DNA of 64,000 nucleotides from Setoptus koraiensis (taxonomy: Eukaryota; Animalia; Arthropoda): the NCBI GenBank assembly GCA_048013815.1, contig CM106585.1, positions 620,001-684,000 on the forward strand, in the 5' to 3' direction. Below, in pieces: positions 10,260 through 21,182 of this stretch. The translations under genes were made by a program, and so were the position numbers. The notes below the pieces were generated by a model. It saw only the letters and a list, made by a program, of their open reading frames with translations, was not told the origin of the DNA and did no database searches. The first letter of the stretch is position 1. Each line of letters opens with the position of its first letter.

Positions 10260-10819
10260 GTTATCAAGTTATCCAGCAATGCAAATAACACAATTTCATT
10301 GTATGCATGTCCATCGCAGCAGCAGCAGCAGCGAACAGCGGCTAGTGTAAAAATCTCAAATTTATATTGAGTATATCTCAAATTTTGGCAGTCGATATTG
10401 GCCGCAACCGATTTCGGCGAATTGTTGACGATCTGTCGAAAATTCGTGAGCGATTGTCGTGTCGAATTGTAGTTTTTTAATCGTCGATGTAGTTGAGGGT
10501 GGCCACTGTCGATAGTTACAAATGCTCGCTGCTTAATTCAAATGCAGGCACACATGACAGGCGACAGGTAACGGGCGACAGGTAAATTACAGTACATTTA
10601 AGGTCAATGCGGAATAAAAGCAGCATGAATATCAGTTGACATCACCCGTTGATCCCGCGCGCTGTCAATTGATCGGTTCTGCAGTGCGATGCAATCAGTA
10701 CTCAACGCAATTGCACTATTGCCTTCCAAGATCAATGTGTAAACACCATACGAGATTGGTGATTGTTATCTCACCTGTTGGAAAACATCACCAAGGAAAC
10801 AAATAAACAAATAACGGCC

Positions 10820-12331
10820 ATGTCAAATCCATTGTCTGTTGCGGCAAATCAGTTTGGCATGGATTTGTTCAGATGCTATCTGAGGAGGCACGGCGACAAA
10901 TACAAGAATCTTCTTCTCTGTCCATATCTCATTTTCCATTCGTTGGCCATGATGTTAGTGGGTGCCGAGGGTCAAACAGCGGCCCAATTAAAGAAGGTGC
11001 TGCATGTGCCCGATCATCCCGACACGCAGCACAGTAGCATCAACACAAATTTTGGGCAAAATTCTTCAAATTTAGCTTCTTGCTCGCATATCAATCTGGT
11101 GAGTTTGGCGGCAGCAAAGAAACAGCGCGGACAGCATCACAACAGCAGCGCTAACAAATCTATTATAGAGAGCGTGGATAACATTGAAAAAGTTGAAAAA
11201 TCAACAGATCCCAGATTGAATTTCAAACACAGCAAATCAGACTCTTCGACGGCTGCCAAGCCAACAATTCAATTGGACGAGGCAACAGTGTCAAAGCATC
11301 GCGAATATTTGCTATTAACGGAACAATTGTTGCACGGCAATCACGATTTTGTTCACATAGCCAGTTTTATTTATCTTGACAAGTCCACAAAGAGAACGGA
11401 GAAATTCAAGCAGATATTGCGCGATTATTATGAGACTAAACCAAAGAAGATTCTGTTCGATGACACCGATGCAGTGGTGAAAACAATCAACGAAGATGTT
11501 GCACGAACAACAGAAAATATCTACAGTGAAATACTGAGCAAACAAGAGGCCCTGAAATTTGATAAAACCTTCATGTTGCTAGTGAATGCGGTGTTTTTCA
11601 GAGGCTTCTGGTCGGCCAATTTCACCGACGTAACCAAATTACCCTTTTACAATCGCACTATTAACGATAAGCAAAAATTCGATGTTCAAATGATGTCCAA
11701 GTTGGACTATCTGAAGATATACGAAGACAAAGAACTGGAGGCCAAATGTATCAGGTTGACGTATGAGGCTAGCGATTTGCAAATGATGATAATACTGCCA
11801 GTAAAAAAAGACAACGATTCCACTTATTTGTGTGACAAAATATCAGCTACTAAAATAAATGAGCTTATGAAGGCACATTCGTCAACTAAGGGCAAATTTG
11901 TCAAAGTAACAATGCCAATATTTTGCGTTGATTCAGGAAAAATATCCATACAATCGACACTGATCGAAATGGGAGCCAGCGACATTTTCAACAAGCAACA
12001 GGCGGACATGTCAGGATTGTGTAGCAATAAAAAAGTTTGGCTTAACAAAATATTGCATAGATGTTTCATTATTTGTGACAATAGAGGCTCAATAACTTCC
12101 GGTTCTACGGAAAAGTTCAGAAAACGACAACCGACGATAGGCAATCAAGATATTGAAGAATTTCTAGTTGATCATCCTTTTATGTATCTGATAATTGATT
12201 CTGTTACAAAGACAGTGCTACTATCAGGTCTATACAGGGATCCTCGCGACACTTTAGAGGTAGTTCATGAGACACAATTGAACGCCGATGAGGCGCATTC
12301 GTTGCTCACAGAAGGAGTGTATAAAACCTGA
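10820..12331 (+). CDS. Serpin family protein, intracellular, with a large insert
   Basis: N-terminal NQFGMDLFR...NLLLCPYLIFHSLAMMLVGAEGQTAAQLKKVL, LVNAVFFRGFW and C-terminal FLVDHPFMYLI. No signal peptide. Likely start ATG 10820. Confidence 0.9.
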   Translation: MSNPLSVAANQFGMDLFRCYLRRHGDKYKNLLLCPYLIFHSLAMMLVGAEGQTAAQLKKVLHVPDHPDTQHSSINTNFGQNSSNLASCSHINLVSLAAAKKQRGQHHNSSANKSIIESVDNIEKVEKSTDPRLNFKHSKSDSSTAAKPTIQLDEATVSKHREYLLLTEQLLHGNHDFVHIASFIYLDKSTKRTEKFKQILRDYYETKPKKILFDDTDAVVKTINEDVARTTENIYSEILSKQEALKFDKTFMLLVNAVFFRGFWSANFTDVTKLPFYNRTINDKQKFDVQMMSKLDYLKIYEDKELEAKCIRLTYEASDLQMMIILPVKKDNDSTYLCDKISATKINELMKAHSSTKGKFVKVTMPIFCVDSGKISIQSTLIEMGASDIFNKQQADMSGLCSNKKVWLNKILHRCFIICDNRGSITSGSTEKFRKRQPTIGNQDIEEFLVDHPFMYLIIDSVTKTVLLSGLYRDPRDTLEVVHETQLNADEAHSLLTEGVYKT

Positions 12332-12482
12332 TGATAATTAACTCATACGAACTATCTCATAAAAAAAAGAACCGGCAAATTATCATTTCTGTTTGAAAAA
12401 CAGATTACAACTGATATATACATGCTTTGTGAGCCAGTAGAACATTTCATATCATAACAAGTTGATTGGTGTCTACATTTAT

Positions 12483-12968
12483 TCATGTTCCATCTCGGTT
12501 TTCGCGCTTTTTGCCTTTTTTGAGTTCATTTTTTTCCCAACTACCCTTGTACATCACATGCACCTCGCCTGATTTTAAAGCAGGCAGCGTGAGGCTCTGC
12601 TTCCTCTTAACGCCGCTTCGACTGCCAGCATCGCTCACGTAACTACCTTGCGATGAATCTGAGTTGATTGGTCGATCTGACGTATCCAGTGTAGATCCTT
12701 GCAAATTAGAAGCATCAATGCCTTTCTTGGGGTCAGCTTGTTGACGATTTGACCGTGCCGTCGATGTTGGTTGCGCCAGGATTCTATCTTTGGTACTGGT
12801 GGTCATTCGGGTAGATAAGTTAGGCTTGCTATGAGGAGCGAAATTCCATGCGCCATCTAGGCAGCCAGTTGGTACTCGTTTGTAATCGGCGTAAGTGAAA
12901 CTAGCTGAAAAGTGCGGCGCCTTGGGATCATTGTCATGCCCGTTGCGTTCTCTTTTGTCAGCGACCAT
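12483..12968 (-). CDS. Hypothetical protein (161 aa)
   Basis: ATG-initiated ORF filling an intergenic gap, Ser/Lys-rich. No recognised domain. Confidence 0.4.
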   Translation of the reverse strand: MVADKRERNGHDNDPKAPHFSASFTYADYKRVPTGCLDGAWNFAPHSKPNLSTRMTTSTKDRILAQPTSTARSNRQQADPKKGIDASNLQGSTLDTSDRPINSDSSQGSYVSDAGSRSGVKRKQSLTLPALKSGEVHVMYKGSWEKNELKKGKKRENRDGT

Positions 12969-13619
12969 TTCTTTTGTGACACTAGAAAACTATCGCAAGA
13001 ATATGATGGAAAATTCGAATAGCTGACAATTCAACGCAAACCTTCGCAGAAGATTGTGACAATCAAGAGATTTCCATTTTTTATTTTATTCTCATCAATG
13101 ATAATTCACGTGGTCTGTTTGCACATTTCCCAGAAACCGCACCTCTTTTCTCCCAATTTTCCCTACAAACTATCTCAACGACAGGATGTAGTGCATTGAT
13201 TTTTCCAGTTAGGTCATCTCGATGATGCAATATCTTCTCGAGACTTGAATTACAATTCGATTGAAACTCACTTTTAACATTATTTGAAAGCGCGAGTTGT
13301 TTCTGACTGTGTAGATCTATCTTATTTCATCATTATCGCTCGTGATGAAACAATTTCAACCTATCTAACGTAATTGATTTTGTAGCATAATAGCTAACAA
13401 ATGAGCATTGAAACTGACAAGTAAGTGAGTTAAAATCTTGCGTATCACATTAATAGATCCCAAGATATCGCATGATCTACGTGTACAAATGAAGCGATCG
13501 TGATATTCTTTAGAAAACAGCATTAAATGTACAATCTCTTTATTGATTTTGTGGTATAATTTTTCGATTTACTAAGATATATTCTAGATTACTATCAAGG
13601 TAGTTTAATTCTTAGCTAG

Positions 13620-15194
13620 ATGCTGTCATCATTGTTTTCGAGACTATTTTTGAGCAAAATCGATCATGTGGTTCACAACGATATAAGTAACGGTCGTGAA
13701 AAGAACAAAATACCCGCTATTAGCAATAATTTCCGAGATTCAGCGCCCACTGATTATCACTATGTTACCGAGGATGTCGAGGGGACACCGATGTCCGTCG
13801 ATCGGTCTCTAGGGGTTATGAATGTAAGTAATCTAAATGCGAGATTGCATTTTCCGCTCCATCCGAACTAGAACCAAATCGGCTCGAAATCTTTACATTA
13901 TTGATGCATTAATTAATGGCTAATATCTAATGATAAAAAACAATGTTTTTTATTTTATCATACATTATAGAGCTGTGACTGCGAGGATGATTGCTCTTCA
14001 GAGTCATGCGCCTGCTCCACCACATACAATAGTGTTCCATGTTATAAAGATGGCAAATTGTCGCCAGACTATAATCTCGATCAACCTGAGGTTATTTATG
14101 AATGCAATATTGGGTGCAAATGTAAACAAGATTGCAAGAATCGTGTTATTCAACGCGGTCCAGATTTGAGATTGGTATTGTTCAAAACTCACAATCGCGG
14201 CTGGGGCATCAAGACAATGCGAACTATTAAAAAGGGAGCATTTATCGGTGTCTATAGTGGCGAATTGATTACATCGGAGGAATCGTGCAATCGTCTCGAC
14301 GACACTTATTTGTTTAATTTGAGTTTCTCAAAAAGAAACAACGACCAACAGTATGTGTGTGATGCGAAATTCTTTGGAAATTACACAAGATTTATCAATC
14401 ATTCGTGTCAACCAAACGTTATTGGTATTAGATCATTTACAGTGCATCAAGATACTAAATTTCCACATATAGCATTCTTTGCTTTGGAAAAGATAGCGGC
14501 CAAGACTGAATTGACATTGAATTATGGCGACAATTATTGGCTTGTCAAATGTAAAAGAGACAAACAATATTGTTTGTGTAAGAATGCCAAGTGCCGATTT
14601 ACAAGGCGTACTTTTCACGAGACATATAAGAAGGCTATGGAACGTAAAAAGAAAGAAGATGCAGAGAAATCAAAGCTATTAGAGGAGACAACTGTGCCGG
14701 AGAAGAGTGAACTCGACGAAGAGAATGTGACCTCTTATGATGGGCAGTCTTGTGTTGAACAGATCAAAGCTGAAGAGAAGGAAGGAGAGGAGACGGCACC
14801 AATAGGTAATGAGGGAGATGAGCAGCTAATGAGTGAACAAGAGCAGCTAATGAGTGAGCAAGAGCAGCTAATGAGTGAACAAGAGCAGGTTACGGGAACT
14901 TCTTACAATGATGAATCTGAGCTGTTAAAGAATGGAGAGGATGAAGAAAATGCGACCTTTTATGATGTCGAACATGAACTGGGCGTGAGTGAACAAGAGG
15001 TCGAATTGTCTGACGCCGAGGAATTGTCAGAGAGCGCCGAATATGAGTTCGAAATTGAAAGTGATCGAGACTCACAGCAAGAGAAACAACAAATTGAGGA
15101 CATACGAGAACAGATTGCTTGCGCTCTAGACAGTATGGAAGATTTATCTGGCATTTATGACATTTCCGATAGTTATTCAAATCAATCAATCTAG
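13620..15194 (+). CDS. G9a/EHMT-like H3K9 methyltransferase (pre-SET, SET, post-SET) with acidic tail; 5' end unresolved
   Basis: Phase-0 intron 13824-13970 joins DISNGREKNKIP...DYHYV to SCDCEDDCSSESCAC. Motifs NRVIQRG, RGWGI, RFINHSCQPN, ELTLNYG and CLCKNAKC. Possible first micro-exon ATGAGCATTGAAACTGACAA|GTAAGT at 13401-13420. EQEQLMS x3 (21-bp repeat) at ~14820-14890. Confidence 0.88.
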
Positions 15195-16417
15195 AGTAAA
15201 AATTTAGTCATTCGCACAATCAACTGCAAATATCAAGTTACATCTACTAGTCGACTAATATCTCTGAACTTGAAAATAAACCGAAACAGGTAAATCGAAT
15301 ATCTACCAGGGCAGCCACATTTAGCGTGACGCTGTCAACGACAGTAGCTTGCTACCTTTGAATTCTATCATAATTTGCCAGCCCTTGAAAAATCCCAGTA
15401 GCAGTTAGTATGAAAATTTGTTCTTAGCTTACTCGCTCCATTGTTTATCCTCGTACATTTTATTTGGATAGGATGTCAATGTTGTTGCCAACAATCGAAC
15501 ACCCCAATCAGTAATAACTAGCAGGCTGCAAGTAGTAGCTCATAGTGGCATCCGCCAACCCAACGGCCTGCTTCTCATTTTGATCTTTATCGATTCTGTA
15601 CTGTTTATTTGGGCCCCTATACCTTCATTGTGTTGAATCCCAAACTATATGTCGCAACAAGTCCGATATTGGACGATTCGGCACAAAAGTTCTGAAAGCA
15701 CACCAGTCAGGTATAAAAGAACATTTTTATGGTGTTAATACGAGAGAAAGCTAGAATGATTTATAATGGTACTGGTAAGGCTAAGTTTTGCCTACTAGCC
15801 AAATGAAAAGAAGTAATAGCAGACTACAGATGATTGTTGGACAACTTCCGGTCAGATAGGTTCAGCTGATTTGCTGAATAGTTTTCTGAAAGAAGATTGT
15901 GTGGGTCGCATCACTAGTAATGGTACTAATTGTTTTTCAGTTCAAATTGTAGAGTGATCACTAGGAGTAATGGAAGTGTCACATTGCGCCACAAAATTAG
16001 AGATTTGTGCTATTTACACCAGTACCGGTGCAAACAATGGTTTGTGCGTTTGTGTGTCTGCCTGTTTGTCTGTTGTGTTTATCATCTATCCATTGTAAAA
16101 CAGTGTAAAAATTGAAAATTGTTTAGCAATGAAAATTGATGCTTTGTGACTTATTCATCTTACACTATTCTTTTATTACCATTAAATCACTGTATTGATA
16201 TAGATATACTCTCTGAATGTTGCCACCAATGTAACACAGCCGATGGACAGTAATCTAGATCAGGTTACCAGATGAATAGTACTAATATTATTATCAGTCA
16301 ATATTATACCAATGTTCACAATCTGGTCACAACATCAATTGGGATATTCAATTTAACAAGCAAACAATCATTGTTATTATTATTATCAACATTATTGGCC
16401 CACCCAAGTAACCACCA

Positions 16418-17263
16418 ATGCCTCAGAATAGCACGCTGTTTTTCTGTTTATTCATTCTGGTTATATCATTAGCTACTAGATCAATAATAATAGATGCTGT
16501 TCGCGTAGCAACTAGACCTTTGAAAGATAACCAGGATAGTTCTACATTATTAGACAATAATAACATTGACAATGAACTCTATGATTATAATAATAATACC
16601 TATGACTATGGTGATGATGATATTGAAACAACGGAGTACAACCAACCAAAAACCGACGTAAAATGTTATTGTAATTATGATCACTGCGGAAACAATACAT
16701 GTCAAACAACAAGCTATTGTTTTGCTTACGTTGAAAGAATTGAGGACGATGACGGACTATTTGTAGACGAATACTCGTATGGTTGCCTACCGGCGGCTGA
16801 AGGAGCCCTAATGCAATGCCGATCTCATATAACACGCCACAAGTCACCGAAAAATATCACTTGTTGCCATGGTCACGACTACTGTAACAAATTCTCTAGG
16901 CCATATTATCATTTAAGACCAGATCAAATCAAAGTGATATTCTTTTCTGATCAAAATCTCCACTATATTATGTTTACATTTTTACTTGTTATTGGATTAA
17001 TTTTTTCCGCTATAACAATCAGATCTCTCAACCGGTGGTTGAGAACGTCGAAACTGTTACCACCACCACCACCACCATCAAAAGCACAGCAACTTCAACA
17101 ACATGAACAACATGAGCAACAATATCATCATCACCGGCAGCACCATCAATTCTGCCAGCGGCATAATGAATTTCGATATCAGCACAATCAATTCTTTCAA
17201 CACTATATATATCAACCGATGATTTTTAATACTGACACTACTATGCCTATTTGCACAGGCTAA
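16418..17263 (+). CDS. TGF-beta/BMP type I receptor-like (Tkv-like) ectodomain plus TM, no kinase in the ORF
   Basis: Signal peptide, 10-Cys Activin_recp pattern ending CCHGHDYCN, TM helix, then a P/Q/H low-complexity tail and stop. Confidence 0.8.
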   Translation: MPQNSTLFFCLFILVISLATRSIIIDAVRVATRPLKDNQDSSTLLDNNNIDNELYDYNNNTYDYGDDDIETTEYNQPKTDVKCYCNYDHCGNNTCQTTSYCFAYVERIEDDDGLFVDEYSYGCLPAAEGALMQCRSHITRHKSPKNITCCHGHDYCNKFSRPYYHLRPDQIKVIFFSDQNLHYIMFTFLLVIGLIFSAITIRSLNRWLRTSKLLPPPPPPSKAQQLQQHEQHEQQYHHHRQHHQFCQRHNEFRYQHNQFFQHYIYQPMIFNTDTTMPICTG

Positions 17264-17852
17264 ATCTATCGCTCGTTGTTTGGCCATAGGATATCATGTT
17301 GACATCAGGAACCTTGTACCATGATCACAATTATGCTTCTGTTGTCAGACTCTGGCTAGACGAACGATTGTCACTAATGGCTGTTAAGGATCTTCATGAC
17401 AAGATTGACAAGCAATCTATCTCTGCCTACGGATATCATCGTGTTTGCTGTGTGAAAAACACCAGTTAGATTGGACAATATAATAGAAACACTGAGCTTT
17501 TATAAAATTAAATTCTTATACTATCCTACTATTTTATAATACTGCAAGTGACTCCACCAGCCCATTACAGCAGGTAAGTTTTCGTCACCTGAACTGGCAA
17601 AGATAAAGAAGGTATGAATCCACAATTGGATCTTGTTTTTCTCCAGTTTCGTTTGCATTAGTTGCGAGCTTGATAATACCTATGACGATTTGAATAAAAA
17701 TATCGATCATAGCAGCGCTTAGGCTAACTATTTGGATTCTGGTGGGTTTAGAATGGACGAGTGGACAGTTACACGTATTCGCAACATTGATGACAAAAAT
17801 CCATCTAATCTAAAATCTCTTTGTTTATTAAGATATTCAATTTGTAATCATT

Positions 17853-18134
17853 TTGAGACGCGAGAAATTTCGATTTAACTATGTGAATGGTTTTTATCAG
17901 GAACATTTGAATTATCAAAACGACCCAGATCTTTCGTTGATTACGTCAAAAATTAAACTGCTGATTAGAGAGATTGAATTTATGAGGGATAGCTACAGTG
18001 AGTTTCAGCGAACTCAATCACCACAAGAACATGACATCAAAGAGAGGGTCGATGATAAGGAATTTTATAACTATTGTTATTCTCAGCAGGCAGTGATCCA
18101 ACACAGTATCAATCTGGATTTTACTGTTCACTAA
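17853..18134 (+). pseudogene. Possible remnant of an orphan protein gene
   Basis: 93-aa non-ATG ORF with coding-like composition; upstream frames are interrupted by stops. Weak. Confidence 0.25.
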
Positions 18135-18171
18135 CAAAAAAAAAACACATATGCCATCAAGTTCTTGATTG

Positions 18172-18726
18172 CTATTCTATTCCCTGGTAATATAAAGGGT
18201 TATTGTATTCCATTGCACCAAACAATCTGATCAAACCTTCATCATGCATGTGGGTCGCATAATAGTATTGTGTGAACTGATCAGTGAAAGCAAATTCTTT
18301 GTTGTCGTCGTCTACTTCGTTCAAAAGACTATCAATGCCTTTCGAGCTTGGAAATTCAATAGCTTTACGCCTTGACATTTTTGGCGAAGAAATCAGGTTA
18401 GCCAGCTCATACCAGTACTGAGAGACTTTGATTTCGGCTTCTGCAACCCATTTTGCCTGTTCCTCTTTTAGTTCACGGTCTATTCTATAATTCTTATAGG
18501 GACCGGCACCTTCCGGTGTGTACAGGGCTATGTTGACATATCCTATGTGCCGTAGCAAGGTTTTTGTTGGACAATTTTCTTGGATGAATTCAAGAGTTTG
18601 ATTATTGCTTGCAAAACTCTGAGAGAGTGTATCACACTCTGACAATTCGCTGCCAGGAGCAACACTGACCAATGTTGCAACAAGTGCCAAGATTATCAAC
18701 ACCGTCACCATTTTGATCTCGACCAT
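18172..18726 (-). CDS. Orphan secreted protein (184 aa)
   Basis: Signal peptide MVTVLIILALVATLVSVAPG, two Cys, predicted helical and aromatic-rich C-terminus. No family recognised. Confidence 0.75.
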   Translation of the reverse strand: MVEIKMVTVLIILALVATLVSVAPGSELSECDTLSQSFASNNQTLEFIQENCPTKTLLRHIGYVNIALYTPEGAGPYKNYRIDRELKEEQAKWVAEAEIKVSQYWYELANLISSPKMSRRKAIEFPSSKGIDSLLNEVDDDNKEFAFTDQFTQYYYATHMHDEGLIRLFGAMEYNNPLYYQGIE

Positions 18727-18863
18727 AGTTAGATCCTGATCCTAGAATGCAAACCAGTTATCTAGATTGATTAACCTTGCCAGATGTGGAAGTTATGAAT
18801 TTTAATGATTAAAATGTTTTATCTGACTGATCTCATTCGACGTTCTGTTCGTTGTGTTATGGC

Positions 18864-19128
18864 TAGTGCTGCGGGCGGATTGCGGCCCAAGCTGGGAATG
18901 CCCAATTTTGGGCGGTTTTGGGCGGATGGGCGGCTTGGGTGGCGATAAATAGTTAAGTAATACTGAGCAAGATTGAAATATTTGCGTTTTAGATAGTACA
19001 AACTAACGAGTTGTAAATGATGCTGGCTATTTGATGCGACTGGGGCCTCTAAATTCGCAGCCCAAGCCGCCCGAAACCGCCCAAAATTGGGCATGCCCGC
19101 CCTGGGCGACAATCCGCCCGCAGCACTA
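18864..19128. mobile_element. hAT-superfamily MITE (265 bp)
   Basis: Perfect 19-bp TIR TAGTGCTGCGGGCGGATTG, extending imperfectly to ~80 bp. 8-bp TSD GTTATGGC at 18856-18863 and 19129-19136. Confidence 0.93.
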
Positions 19129-19531
19129 GTTATGGCAACTCATCATCGTATTTCTAACGAATATTGTCATTCCTAAAAATAACCTCAACTGATTGTGTGA
19201 GTGCACAAACAAGAAGACCCACAATTTGTCATTGTCGTCTGCCGGTCGCTAGTCAAATATTCTTTTTCGTTCCATAACGTTGAGCGAAAGCATTGTTAAT
19301 CTACGTTGTTGAAAAGTTGTTCTAATAATAAACTTGTCTCGGATACCAATTCGCAGACACAGGTCGCTAAAGGTCTGGATTCCAGACAAAAAAAAACATC
19401 AATAAACTATATCCACAGAATCCGTCCAATAGAACAATCGCATATGCTAGTTAACATATTTCGATCCAAGCGGAAACCTTCAATGTATAAATTTCAACTT
19501 TTTCTTAATTGACGTGTTCCAATAAATATCG

Positions 19532-20245
19532 ATGATGTATGCATCGAATGTCCGAAGCATTGCTCTTGGAGTTCTTATGTTCTTCATGAGTTTCAGCCCT
19601 GCAATCGTTCAAGGACAGAAACGTACTTTGGAACAAATAGAGGCAATCAATGATCAAGTTGAAAAATGGTACAACAATGAACATCATACATTGTCGAATC
19701 TCAAGGGTGCATTCGGTCATGGCAGTGCGGCTCATCTACAAAGTAAGGCTCATCATTGGCCCAGAGAAATGATGAGAGTATTACAAATGGTCACGCACGT
19801 AGATCCATCGGATGAGGTCGACATACAAAAGGTCAACCATTTTATTTCCGGTTTGCATCAAGGCAATGAAGAAGTGAAGAAACAATTTAGCACTGATTTC
19901 AACCACTCTTTAGACCTCAAATTGAATGATGGGGTTACAAAGAGGGATGTGTATTTCGAGCAAGTGAAAGAATTGTGCTTACGTCCCAGTTTCCAGAGCA
20001 AAGATGGTTTCCTTTTCCGAAGAGCAATCGAGGATCTTCTACAAGGGATTGAGGGGGAAAGGGTTGACGATGAACAGTTCAAGAAGCTTGTCATCACTAG
20101 TGAGCCGATTGGACTACTCTACGCGTCCGAAAAGATTTGTCAAGCAATTACAGAGGCGTACTTTGAGCTTCCTTACAAAGATCACTTTGAATGGACTCAA
20201 TTCAGCGAAGGCAAGTTCAAGGCATTACCCTACCCAATTATGTGA
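19532..20245 (+). CDS. Orphan secreted protein (237 aa)
   Basis: Signal peptide (IALGVLMFFMSFSPAIVQG), intronless, two C-terminal Cys (KELC...KICQAI). Confidence 0.8.
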   Translation: MMYASNVRSIALGVLMFFMSFSPAIVQGQKRTLEQIEAINDQVEKWYNNEHHTLSNLKGAFGHGSAAHLQSKAHHWPREMMRVLQMVTHVDPSDEVDIQKVNHFISGLHQGNEEVKKQFSTDFNHSLDLKLNDGVTKRDVYFEQVKELCLRPSFQSKDGFLFRRAIEDLLQGIEGERVDDEQFKKLVITSEPIGLLYASEKICQAITEAYFELPYKDHFEWTQFSEGKFKALPYPIM

Positions 20246-20551
20246 TCCTGGAGACATGTCGACGGCTAGAAATCAGTTTCAGAAGATTGGTGAAATGAAG
20301 ATCTATGAAATTAATCTAGATTAAAGACGCCAAACAATCTGAGAGCAATGTCACATTTTTTTGCTAGTTTCGGATCGCGGCGTCTAGTCAAAGAGACCCA
20401 CGATTTGCAGAGTTGTCAAAGTAGCGAAATAATCTTTTCTTCTTCGTTTCACAATTTTTATGCTATGCACATAGACTGTCTCAGGGTGAGTGAGAGCATT
20501 GGTAGATAACACCAATGAAAAGTTGTGTCAGTGATAAACTTCAATCAGATA

Positions 20552-20795
20552 CTTGGTGTTCCCTCAGTCGGTGGACTGAGGTAGGGAGATCGTAGGTCGG
20601 GAAGATTCTATCGATTTTCTACTCCCCTGTTCTCCCTCACTCTCCCAAATCTCCAGAAAACTAAAAAAAAAGAAAATTTTCAGCTGACGAGAAAAAAAGT
20701 GTGACCAATATTGTGACAAATATCGTGACAAATATCGTGACATTTCTCGTTATTAAAGTTTAAAAGATCTACGATCGTATCCTCCCTACGATCTA
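20552..20795 (-). mobile_element. Helentron/HINE (DINE-1-like) element, apparently complete copy C (~244 bp)
   Basis: Subterminal inverted repeats AGATCGTAGG (20587-20596) and CCTACGATCT (20785-20794). Short IR GATCGTA (20773-20779) pairs with one subTIR. Terminal stem-loop at 20562-20581; internal 12-bp tandem repeats at 20701-20744; no TSD. Confidence 0.8.
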
Positions 20796-21182
20796 ACAAA
20801 TCTTTCTGCCTATTCAATCCTTATCTGAGAGGCTATCATCAGACGCCGCTAAACTTCACCAACTGATGATGCTTCATACGAAAGACGAGTAACCGGTGTG
20901 CACGTGACAAGCTCGATCAGTTCCTTGCAGAAAGAGAAAAAAACGTTGCATGCCGTAATCCAGCGTGTCAAATCATCTGTGTGTATCTTCGACTCGTTAG
21001 CAGCCGATAATCAGTTGTTTTAACTGCAATTTTAAGGCCGCCCTAGCGGTGATTTAATCTTTTCGATGGTGATTACCCGTGTTACTCAATAGATTAACAA
21101 TTGCGATAAATTGTTGCATGTTACAACGATCTCTCTCATGATTCAATGATTGTTGCAATAAATCATGTTTATTTCATGAAAA

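Noticed and set aside
10555-10590. Duplicated GGCGACAGGTAA (Zelda-like CAGGTA) upstream of the serpin
   Set aside because: Two short copies are expected by chance or slippage; no supporting context
17264-17470. Possible kinase remnant after the Tkv-like ORF (KSIARC..., LMAVKD)
   Set aside because: Short motifs in different frames with stops, no GxGxxG, HRD or DFG motifs, and no convincing splice donor. Not distinguishable from chance without alignment statistics.
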